Of a stretch of DNA of 64,000 nucleotides, positions 18,288-26,344 are shown piece after piece (position 1 is the stretch's first letter; each line of letters begins with the position of its first letter). A model generated the notes under the pieces. That model worked only from the letters and a program-made list of their open reading frames with translations. It was not told the origin of the DNA and did not search any database. The translations under genes were made by a program, and so were the position numbers. This DNA is from Acidobacteriota bacterium. Its GTDB lineage: Bacteria > Acidobacteriota > Vicinamibacteria > Vicinamibacterales > CAVVIG01. The DNA is taken from positions 7,452 through 71,451 of the forward strand of contig QHWB01000051.1 in the NCBI GenBank assembly GCA_003222395.1, read 5' to 3'.

Positions 18288-20597
18288 GTGCACGTAGACG
18301 ACCTCGACATCTCACCAAGCAAGATCGGCGAAACCGCACAGCGCATCGTCGACCGGGCAATCGAAGAAGCCCGTCGGCGTGAACACGCACTGTTGACGAA
18401 TGAACATCTCTTTCTCGCCTTCGCGCAGGTCGAGTGGGACATGTTCGCGGAAGTCATGCGGGACGTGGAGCTGAACCCGCACACGATTCTCCAGGCGATT
18501 GAAGAGCACCTGCACATGATGCCGTCGTTCGCGGGCCGCGAGCTGCGGGTCTCGCCGGCGACGAAGCTCGTCTTCAAGCTCGCGCTGCATCACGGGAGCC
18601 GCGCGGGACGCCAGTCGATCGAAGCGGCGGATCTGTTTTCGGCCGTTTTCGAGGAAACGCAGGGCGTCCCGGTGTCCATTCTGCGCCGGCACGGCGTCGA
18701 GCCCGAGGTGCTGGTGGGCCGGCTGAACGCGCGCATGCGCGATATGGAGCTTCGCGAAGAACGGCTGAAGAAGCGTTTCGAGCTGCCGCCGTTCCTCAAA
18801 CATTTTGCGACGAACCTCAATCTGCTCGCGCGGCAGGACAAGGTGCCGCCGGTGTTCGGCCGCGACAAGGAGATCCAGCAGGTGCTGGAGATCCTGTGTC
18901 ATCGCGAGCGCGCGAACTCGGTGATGTTGATCGGCGAGCCGGGCGTCGGCAAGACCGCGATTGTGGAAGGACTGGCGCGGCGCATCGAGTTCGAGCCGGA
19001 GAGCGTGCCCGTGCGGCTTCGCGACTGCCAGGTGGTCAACCTGCAGATGAACACGATGGTCGCCGGCACGATGCTGCGCGGCATGTTCGAGGACCGCATT
19101 CAGAACGTGATCCGCGAGTTGAAGGAGCGTCCGAACCTGATTCTGTTCGTCGACGAAGCGCACACGATGGTGGGCGCGGGATCGGCGCTCGGTGCGCCGT
19201 CCGACGCGGCGAACGTGTTCAAGTCGGTGCTGGCGCGCGGCGAGATCCGCATGGTCGCCGCCACCACGCTCAGCGAGTACAAGGAATACATCCAGGAAGA
19301 CGAAGCGCTCGCGCGGCGCTTCCGCTGCGTCCACGTCGCGGAACCGACGGTCGAAGAGACGCGCCGCATTCTGTACAACCTGCGCCCGCGTCTGGAGCGC
19401 AATTATTCAGTGCGGCTTCTGGACGAAGCGCTCGATACCGCGCTCGAGCTCTCGCCGCGCTACATGCGGCACCTCCATCTGCCGGATAAAGTGATCGGCT
19501 GGCTCGATACGGCGGCGGTCCGCGCCGAGATCGATCGCCGCTGGGAGGTGAAGACCGCCGACGTCGTCTCGGTCATCTCGCACGCGGCGCAGATACCGGA
19601 GGACATGGTCTACCGCGACGTGACCGATCGCTTCCAGGACATCGAGACGCGCCTGCAGAAACGCGTCGTCGGACAGACGAACGCGGTGAGGGCGGTTGCG
19701 AAGCGGCTCGTGCTGAACAAGGGTCCGTTGAAGGACGGATTCGATCGGCCCGACGGTGTGCTGCTGTTCCTCGGTCCGACCGGCGTCGGCAAGACCGAAT
19801 TGGCGAAGGCCGTCGCCGAATTCCTGTTCGGCGACGACAAGAAGATGGTCCGGATCGACATGTCGGAGTACCAGGATGGCGCGGTCGCGGTCGACAAACT
19901 GATCGGCATGCCGCGCGGAATCGTCGGCAGCGAGCGCGGCGGCCTGCTGACGAACCAGCTCAAAGACAACCCGTTCACCGTCGTCCTGCTCGACGAGGTG
20001 GAAAAAGCCAGCCCTAATCTGCTCAACCTCTTCCTTCAGGCGTTCGATGAAGGCTGGATCACCGACGGGCGGGGGAAGCGCGTCTACCTGAGCGATTCGG
20101 TCGTCATCATGACGTCGAACATCGGATCAGAGTGTTTCCGCAAGCTGACGAATCCGCTCGGATTCCTGTCGGGCCACGTGAACGTGGAGCAGGTGCAGGG
20201 CGAGATCTCGCGCGAGCTTGAGCGGCGCTTCCCGCCGGAATTCCGAAACCGCATCGACGAAGTCGTCCTGTTCGCGCCGCTGACGCATGACGAGGTGAGG
20301 GAAATCTCGAAGCACTACTTCGAACAGGTCAAGGTCGCGCTCGCGAAATCGGGCAAGACGATTCAGATCGACGACGACGCGCTGGAGCTGGTCGTCACCA
20401 GGGGATACAACCTCGCATATGGCGCGCGGTTCCTGAAACGATTCATCGACGAGCAGATCAAGCTGCCGATCAGCGAACGGTGGCGCGACGGCACGCACTT
20501 CGGGGTGCGCGCCAGGGACGGCGAGATCGTCGTCGAGCCGGCGCCCGCGAACATCAGCACCGCCGCCGACGCGCTCGCGTACGGCGACGTGGCTTAG
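18288..20597 (+). CDS. ATP-dependent Clp protease ATP-binding subunit, ClpA/ClpC-like (two AAA+ modules)
   Basis: Clp N-domain repeats. GEPGVGKTAIVEGLA / LFVDEAH and GPTGVGKTELAKAV / VVLLDEVEKA. No long M-domain. PLGFL loop. GTG start. Confidence 0.9.
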   Translation: MHVDDLDISPSKIGETAQRIVDRAIEEARRREHALLTNEHLFLAFAQVEWDMFAEVMRDVELNPHTILQAIEEHLHMMPSFAGRELRVSPATKLVFKLALHHGSRAGRQSIEAADLFSAVFEETQGVPVSILRRHGVEPEVLVGRLNARMRDMELREERLKKRFELPPFLKHFATNLNLLARQDKVPPVFGRDKEIQQVLEILCHRERANSVMLIGEPGVGKTAIVEGLARRIEFEPESVPVRLRDCQVVNLQMNTMVAGTMLRGMFEDRIQNVIRELKERPNLILFVDEAHTMVGAGSALGAPSDAANVFKSVLARGEIRMVAATTLSEYKEYIQEDEALARRFRCVHVAEPTVEETRRILYNLRPRLERNYSVRLLDEALDTALELSPRYMRHLHLPDKVIGWLDTAAVRAEIDRRWEVKTADVVSVISHAAQIPEDMVYRDVTDRFQDIETRLQKRVVGQTNAVRAVAKRLVLNKGPLKDGFDRPDGVLLFLGPTGVGKTELAKAVAEFLFGDDKKMVRIDMSEYQDGAVAVDKLIGMPRGIVGSERGGLLTNQLKDNPFTVVLLDEVEKASPNLLNLFLQAFDEGWITDGRGKRVYLSDSVVIMTSNIGSECFRKLTNPLGFLSGHVNVEQVQGEISRELERRFPPEFRNRIDEVVLFAPLTHDEVREISKHYFEQVKVALAKSGKTIQIDDDALELVVTRGYNLAYGARFLKRFIDEQIKLPISERWRDGTHFGVRARDGEIVVEPAPANISTAADALAYGDVA

Positions 20598-20608
20598 AGT
20601 ACCTTGTA

Positions 20609-20657
20609 GGGATTCGGGATTCGGGATTCGGGATTCGGGATTGGCGATTCGGAATTA
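20609..20657. repeat. heptamer tandem array GGGATTC x7 (last three units degenerate)
   Basis: Units at 20609, 20616, 20623, 20630, 20637 (GGGATTG), 20644 (GCGATTC), 20651 (GGAATTA). Lies between convergent clp and radical-SAM genes. Confidence 0.9.
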
Positions 20658-21710
20658 CCACGCGAAGCCGATCTGCATCGCTTCATCGCTCTGAGGCGCC
20701 GCAGGCTTTTCTCTGTCGTCCGCGTCTTCTCTCTTATTCACCCCGTATCGCTGCTGCAGCAGGCGCACCATTGCGCCAACCTCTTTTCGATATTTCTCCG
20801 GCGCGTACTTCTTCGCGTACAGCTTCTCGTATCGCGGCACCCACGACGGAAACTCGCGCGCGAGAAACTTCATGAAGTGCGTGCGCGTGCCGTCTTCGAG
20901 GAACATGACGTTGCAGCCGACGAAGCGGGCGCCGTGGTCGGCGATCGCTTTGACCGTGCGCTCGAGCTTCGCGCGCGACGACGAAAACCCGGGCACGATC
21001 GGATTCATCAGGACGCCGGCGTTGATGCCGGCGTCGACCAGTTCGCGCACGGCGCGCAGCCGCTGCAGCGGCGGCGCGGTGCCCGGCTCGAGCAGCTCCC
21101 ACGCGTGCTCGTCGACGGTCGGTACGCTCATGTACACGGTGCAGGTCGTCACGCGCGAGATCTCGAGGAGCAAATCGCGATCGCGCACGACCATCGGCCC
21201 CTTTGTCACGAGCCCCATCGGATTGCGTGCGCCGAGGAGCGCCTCCAGCGCGCCGCGCGTCAGCTTGTAGTGGCCCTCGATCGGCTGATAACAGTCGGTC
21301 GCGGTGCCGACGGCGACGTATTCGCCCGTCCACGACGGCCGCGCGAGCTCGCGCTTCAGCACCTCGACGAAGTTCTTCTTGACGAGAATCACCGACGCGA
21401 ACTCGTCGTCCGCGTTCATTTCGAATTGAACGTGGTACCGCCGCGCGTAGCAGTAGTGGCAGCCGTGCGTGCAGCCGCGATACGGATTGAGCGTCCAGTC
21501 GAAGGGCATCCCCTTGACCCGGTTGAGAGCCGATCGACAGGTGATTTCCTGGTAGCGCGCCCGATCGGCGCGCCGCTCGGCCTCGGTCAGCGCGCCGGTG
21601 CCGCCGATTTTGACCGTCTGAGCAATCTCGCGTGTGGTGGGTTTGCGAGGTCCGAGATCGAAGAGTGGGAACGTGGCAGCCATGCGCGGATCCCGGCCGA
21701 AAACCGGCAT
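20655..21710 (-). CDS. radical SAM protein (Rv2578c/SplB-like family)
   Basis: CTHGCHYCYAR CxxxCxxC cluster motif, TIM-barrel-like remainder. Start ATG 21710 or 21683. Confidence 0.8.
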   Translation of the reverse strand: MPVFGRDPRMAATFPLFDLGPRKPTTREIAQTVKIGGTGALTEAERRADRARYQEITCRSALNRVKGMPFDWTLNPYRGCTHGCHYCYARRYHVQFEMNADDEFASVILVKKNFVEVLKRELARPSWTGEYVAVGTATDCYQPIEGHYKLTRGALEALLGARNPMGLVTKGPMVVRDRDLLLEISRVTTCTVYMSVPTVDEHAWELLEPGTAPPLQRLRAVRELVDAGINAGVLMNPIVPGFSSSRAKLERTVKAIADHGARFVGCNVMFLEDGTRTHFMKFLAREFPSWVPRYEKLYAKKYAPEKYRKEVGAMVRLLQQRYGVNKREDADDREKPAAPQSDEAMQIGFAW

Positions 21711-21803
21711 TCTTCGCCTTTGCTTCGCCTATAATCGGACCCGGCTAGGCGAGTTGTCAAGCAGGGTCGGATGCGGTCCGACTCCGATCCGGCGCCGTGC
21801 GAG

Positions 21804-22061
21804 TTACCGCGGTTTGGTGGTGGGTTGCCGTTTCGTCGCCGACTTCTTCGCCGCTGAAGTGGTCGGCGTGCGCTTGGCCGCGGACCGCTTTTTCCTCGTC
21901 GGTTTCTTCGCCGCGGTCGACTTCGTCGCGGCGGTCGATTTCGTCGCCGTCGCGCGATGACGCGCCGGCTTGCGCGCCGCGGCTTCGCCGGCCGACCCGA
22001 GCGCGAACGTCGCGAACGTCGCGATCAGGGCGACGAGCAGCATCTTCATCGTTCTGCGCAT
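21804..22061 (-). CDS. small secreted, highly basic Lys/Thr/Ala repeat protein
   Basis: GGAGG 10 nt before ATG 22061. MRRTMKMLLVALIATFATFALGSAGEAAA signal peptide. 18-nt tandem coding repeat (ATKSTA ATKSTA AKKPTR). G/C-rich third positions. Confidence 0.55.
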   Translation of the reverse strand: MRRTMKMLLVALIATFATFALGSAGEAAARKPARHRATATKSTAATKSTAAKKPTRKKRSAAKRTPTTSAAKKSATKRQPTTKPR

Positions 22062-22086
22062 CTTCAATCTGCCTCCACGAGAAATT

Positions 22087-23082
22087 TTACAGCAGATAGG
22101 CGAGCGCAAAACCGATCTGCGCGACGAACATCATGCGGTACATGTGCGCCCACGAGACGTGGTTCTCTTCGACCGCCAGTTCCTCGGGCCTTCGCAGCAT
22201 CAGATAGCAAACATAAAGGCCGTATAAGGTCATGACGATGCCAAGAAGCTGGAGCAACCAGAAGCTGCCGGTGAGGATGCCGAGCCAGGCGCCAACCGGA
22301 ATCATCAGGAACGGGATGACGAACGACGGCGAAATCATCCAGGCCGCCCGGGAGACGCCGAACTGAATCGGCAGCGTGCGGCATCCGCCGCGGCGATCGC
22401 CTTCCATGTCGGCGAAGTCCTTCGTCGTCGTGGCGCCGAGCAGGAACAGCCCGAAGATGGCGCCGATGTACCAGGGCTCGACTCCGACGATCGTTTTCGC
22501 CGACGACCATCCCGCAACCTTCAGCAGGGTGCCGCGCGGAATCGCGATGGTGATGTTCGCCCAGATGCCGAGCCGCTTCGTGCGCAGCGGCGGCACCGAG
22601 TAGATGTACGTGCAGACAACGGCGATTGCGACGAGCCAGAAGCATTCGTGCCTCCCGGCGGACCAGGTCAGCGCAGGCCGATGCGGCTCGACGAGCCACG
22701 CCAGCACCAATGCGATCGCGTACGCCGCAATCGTGAAGCGCCACGCCTGCGCAAACGTCAGGCGTCCGCTCGGCAGCGGCCGCTTCGCCTTGTTCACGCG
22801 ATCGATCTCGAAGTCATAGATCTGATTCAGTGCGTTGTTGCCGGCGTTCAGCATCGCCGCCATGACGGACCCGATGATCGGAGACACGAGGAGCATTGGA
22901 GCCCACGGTTCCCGAGGCACGGCGCCGATGGCGGTCAGCGCCCCGGAGATGAAGCCGAGCGCCGGTGCGACCAGCGTAAAGGGGCGCGCGAGATCGATGT
23001 AGGCGCGGACGGGGTTCGAGGGGCCGGATTCCGGGCTCGGGGTCCGGAGTTGCGGGTTCTTGGTTCTGGGTTCGGGGTTCAT
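22087..23082 (-). CDS. UbiA-family prenyltransferase, ChlG/BchG/DGGGP-synthase-like
   Basis: NALNQIYDFEIDRVNKAKRPLPSGRL (NxxxDxxxD) and KDFADMEGDRRGGCRTLPIQFG (DxxxD) motifs, about 8 TM helices. ATGA overlap with upstream gene. Confidence 0.85.
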   Translation of the reverse strand: MNPEPRTKNPQLRTPSPESGPSNPVRAYIDLARPFTLVAPALGFISGALTAIGAVPREPWAPMLLVSPIIGSVMAAMLNAGNNALNQIYDFEIDRVNKAKRPLPSGRLTFAQAWRFTIAAYAIALVLAWLVEPHRPALTWSAGRHECFWLVAIAVVCTYIYSVPPLRTKRLGIWANITIAIPRGTLLKVAGWSSAKTIVGVEPWYIGAIFGLFLLGATTTKDFADMEGDRRGGCRTLPIQFGVSRAAWMISPSFVIPFLMIPVGAWLGILTGSFWLLQLLGIVMTLYGLYVCYLMLRRPEELAVEENHVSWAHMYRMMFVAQIGFALAYLL

Positions 23083-24428
23083 GCGATCGAGATGGCCACT
23101 GCCGCGGCGACGGCCGTGTTGATGAAATTCAGCATGTCGTTGTTCAGGATACCCGCAGGCTCCAGCGTCGCGCCGAGGACGCTCTCGACGAGCGCGCCGG
23201 CGGTCGCGGCGACAACGACCGCGACAATTGCGCCGGCCGGCGTCAACGCGAGCGCGGCGGCGAGCGCGGCGAGCGCGAGCGCTGCGACGATTCCGGCCGC
23301 CGTCCCTTCAAGCGACATCGCGCCGGGCGTGCCCGGCTTGACGCGACTGAAGGTCGTCACGAGAAACGTCGACCTTCCCCACGCTTTTCCGATCTCGCTC
23401 GCGACGGTATCGCTGCCGCCGGCGGTCAGGGCGGCCGTCAACGCGATCATCGAGGCGGACGCGTAGGGCGACGCGACCGCACATACTGCAGCAATCGCCG
23501 CAACGCCGCAGTTGGCGAACGCGTTGCCCGCGCCTCGACGACCACCGCGCTCCTCGGCGATGCCGAGCAACATCTTGCGTTTGAGTCCGAGGCGCGACGT
23601 CACCATGGCGACGAGGAAGGCTATGAACAGGAACAGCCATGCGGCCGCGCCACCGGCCGCGTAAATCACGATGCCGACGACGGCGCCGCCGACGGCGCCG
23701 GAGATCGACACAGTGCGCGCTCGATAGCCGAGCCACGCGACAACGGTGTTGAACGCGACAGCCCACGGGAGAGTCCTAAGCACTTCCGCCTTCGACGCGC
23801 TCCAAACCTCGAGCGACATCAGAGCGATCAGCCACAGGACAGCAGCGGCGGCGAACGGAACGGAGATGTTGTCGTCGAGCCGCACCGGAATCGTTTCGAC
23901 GAGTGCCGCGCAGATCGCCGCGACGATCGGAGCGACTATCGAGAACGTCACCGGCGGAGGCGGCGTGATCGACGATCGCGTCCACAGCGCCAGCGCGACG
24001 CCCGCGAGGCTTCCGAACGCGACGAACGCGACCGTTCCGGCAACCGTCTTGTCGGCGTTCCACGGGAGCGACCGGCCAAAAAACGCCGAGATGTTCTGTT
24101 TTGCTTTCTCTCCCACAATCGTCGCCATGCCGTCGCCCAGCGCGAGAACGCCCCACGCGGCCGCGACGATGTCGAGGCGTGACGGCAGGATGAGGATGAG
24201 CAAGAGCACCGACAGCGGATACAGAAGGATGCCGAGAGGAAACCCGCGCACGACGTCGGCGGGTCGATAGAGGCGGCGTCCGCCGATGCGCGGCAATGCC
24301 GCGGCGTTGAAGGCGAGCGCGAATGCGGCGCATGCGGCCGCCTGCCACCACGTCAATGCGCGCAGCAGCAGCGCGAACGCAGCCGATCCCATGTGGACCC
24401 ATTGCCGTGCGTGCTCCGAATGGCTCAT
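23079..24428 (-). CDS. fusion membrane protein: phytol/dolichol-kinase-like (VTE5/Sec59/CdsA superfamily) N-domain + DUF92 (TMEM19/VTE6 phytyl-phosphate-kinase family) C-domain
   Basis: ORF trimmed to ATG 24428 (MSHSEHARQW). N-half: LGDGMATIVGEKAK..LPWNADKTVAGTVAFVAFG. C-half: TSRLGLKRK..GGRRGAGNAFANCG..GGSDTVASEIGKAWG..VKPGTPGAMSLEGTAAG. Confidence 0.75.
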   Translation of the reverse strand: MSHSEHARQWVHMGSAAFALLLRALTWWQAAACAAFALAFNAAALPRIGGRRLYRPADVVRGFPLGILLYPLSVLLLILILPSRLDIVAAAWGVLALGDGMATIVGEKAKQNISAFFGRSLPWNADKTVAGTVAFVAFGSLAGVALALWTRSSITPPPPVTFSIVAPIVAAICAALVETIPVRLDDNISVPFAAAAVLWLIALMSLEVWSASKAEVLRTLPWAVAFNTVVAWLGYRARTVSISGAVGGAVVGIVIYAAGGAAAWLFLFIAFLVAMVTSRLGLKRKMLLGIAEERGGRRGAGNAFANCGVAAIAAVCAVASPYASASMIALTAALTAGGSDTVASEIGKAWGRSTFLVTTFSRVKPGTPGAMSLEGTAAGIVAALALAALAAALALTPAGAIVAVVVAATAGALVESVLGATLEPAGILNNDMLNFINTAVAAAVAISIA

Positions 24429-25360
24429 GGGCGAATCGACGCGATCGTCCGCCGGATCCCTTCCTCGAGCGGCGTCATCGTGTAACCCAGGTCGCGGACC
24501 GACGCCGCGCTGTCGAGCGACCAATCGTGTCGGAAGATCTCGACGGCGCCGCGGGTGACGAGCGGCGTGCCGCCGAACATCGTCACGCGCAGCTCTTCGA
24601 TCGCGCCGAGCGCGTTCGCCACGGGGAACGGAATGCGCGGCGGCGGTCTCCGCCCGGTGATCTCGCGCACGAGGCCGAACACGCGGTGCTGCGACGCGTT
24701 GTCGCCGCCGAGGATGTAGCGGCCGCCGACGGCGCCGCGCTCGAGCGCCGCGCTGTGTCCGGCGGCCACGTCGTCGACGTACGCGTACGACCACGGTTGC
24801 TCGGGTCCGATGAGGCCCGGCAGCCTCCGGCGGAGATGGTCGGAGATGAGGCGGCCAATCAGATTGCCTTCGGTGAACGACCCGGGCCCGTACACGACGC
24901 CGGGATAGACGCGGATCAGCGGTGCGCCGTCGCCGACGCGCGCGTCGGCCAGGCGATCGGCCGCCACCTTCGTGCGCTGGTAGTCGTTGGCTTCAATCGG
25001 CGACGACAGGCCGCGCGGCGGCAGCGCGACGAACGACGAGGTGTAGACGACGCGCGCGATCCGGTGGTGTTCTGCCGCGGCGATGGCATTGCGCAATCCA
25101 CCGACGTTGACGTCGTCGAAGTCCTCGCGGCGGCGCCGCCAGATGCTGACGAGCGCGGCCGAATGCGAGATCGCGTCGCACCCCGCGGCGGCGCGCTCGA
25201 GAGCGGCGCCATCGCGAACGTCGCCGTCGATCAGCGTTCCGGGAAGGCCGCTGCGCGTTGCGGTGCGCGCGAAGATGACGAGCTGGTGTCCGCGAGCGGC
25301 AAGCGCACGCACGATCGCGCGTCCCAGATAGCCGGTGCCCCCGGTCACGAGTACTTTCAT
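24425..25360 (-). CDS. NAD-dependent epimerase/dehydratase-family SDR
   Basis: MKVLVTGGTGYLGRAIV Rossmann motif, YQRTK (YxxxK). ATGA overlap with downstream kinase fusion. Confidence 0.85.
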   Translation of the reverse strand: MKVLVTGGTGYLGRAIVRALAARGHQLVIFARTATRSGLPGTLIDGDVRDGAALERAAAGCDAISHSAALVSIWRRRREDFDDVNVGGLRNAIAAAEHHRIARVVYTSSFVALPPRGLSSPIEANDYQRTKVAADRLADARVGDGAPLIRVYPGVVYGPGSFTEGNLIGRLISDHLRRRLPGLIGPEQPWSYAYVDDVAAGHSAALERGAVGGRYILGGDNASQHRVFGLVREITGRRPPPRIPFPVANALGAIEELRVTMFGGTPLVTRGAVEIFRHDWSLDSAASVRDLGYTMTPLEEGIRRTIASIRP

Positions 25361-25390
25361 GAGGTCGAACTGAACACTTGGTCCAGATTC

Positions 25391-26344
25391 TCAGTTTTCG
25401 GTGCTGAGCTCTGCGTTCTGCGTTCTGAGACGCCAGTATTCGAGCACATCGTCGAGCGTCCGTTCGAGCGGAATCGTCGGCCGCCATCCGAGCTCGTTCT
25501 GAATCCGCCGCGGATCGCCGGCGACGAGCGGCGTGTCGTTCGGCCGGAACCGCGCTTGGTCGATGCGCACGCGCACGGGCACGCGGGCGCGCGCGACGAG
25601 GCGGTCGAGCAGCTCGCGGATCGACACGGCGTTGCCCGAACAAACGTTGTAGGGGCGTCCGGTTCGACCGCGATCGAGCACGTCGCGATAACCGCGGACG
25701 GTGTCGCGCACGTCGGTCAGCTCTCGCCGCGCGTCGAGATTGCCGACGACGATCTCGGGGCTCCGCTGCCCGCCTTCGATGTCGACGATCTGCCTCGCGA
25801 AATCGGATGCGACGAACGACGGATCCTGGCGCGGACCGATGTGATTGAACGCGCGCGCGATGCGGACGTCGATGCCGTCGCCGATCGCGCGCGTCCCGAG
25901 CATTTCCTGGGCGAGCTTGCTCAACCCGTACGGGCTTCCCGGCAGCAGCTCGTCGTCTTCGGCCAGCGGCCGGTCCGCCGGCTTGTAGATCATTGCCGAG
26001 CTCGGGATCAGCACCGGGATCCGCGCGCCGATCCGCCGCAGCGCTTCGAAGAGGAAGTGTGTCCCCCGCACGTTGATCGAGAACGTCGGTTCCGCGTCGC
26101 GCCACGCGCGGCCGACGTGCGCGGCGCCGGCGCAGTGATAAACGGCCAGCGGCGGCTCCGCGGCGATGGCGGTCGACACGGTCCGGCGGTCGGTGATGTC
26201 GACGGCCAGCCAACGGATCGACGTCTGCGAGGATGGCGGGACTCGATCCGGACGATGCCACCCGACGACATCTGCGCCGCCGCGCGACAAAAGATCGACG
26301 AGGTGACTGCCGGCGAAGCCGGCCGCACCGGTGACGAGGATCAA
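25391..26344 (-). CDS. NAD-dependent nucleotide-sugar epimerase/dehydratase/reductase (extended SDR)
   Basis: (M)ILVTGAAGFAGSHLV, YGLSK (YxxxK). TTG start overlapping the lptD stop (TTGA). Confidence 0.85.
   Translation of the reverse strand: MILVTGAAGFAGSHLVDLLSRGGADVVGWHRPDRVPPSSQTSIRWLAVDITDRRTVSTAIAAEPPLAVYHCAGAAHVGRAWRDAEPTFSINVRGTHFLFEALRRIGARIPVLIPSSAMIYKPADRPLAEDDELLPGSPYGLSKLAQEMLGTRAIGDGIDVRIARAFNHIGPRQDPSFVASDFARQIVDIEGGQRSPEIVVGNLDARRELTDVRDTVRGYRDVLDRGRTGRPYNVCSGNAVSIRELLDRLVARARVPVRVRIDQARFRPNDTPLVAGDPRRIQNELGWRPTIPLERTLDDVLEYWRLRTQNAELSTEN

Noticed and set aside
25391-25432. CAGAACG-CAGAACG-CAGAG..CAGCACC at the 3' end of the SDR gene as a fourth copy of the composite element (it resembles module 3: CAGAACAGAACGTCGCAGCACC).
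   Set aside because: Similarity is short and gapped, modules 1 and 2 are absent, and I cannot distinguish it from chance without a search. Noted only as a possible relic.
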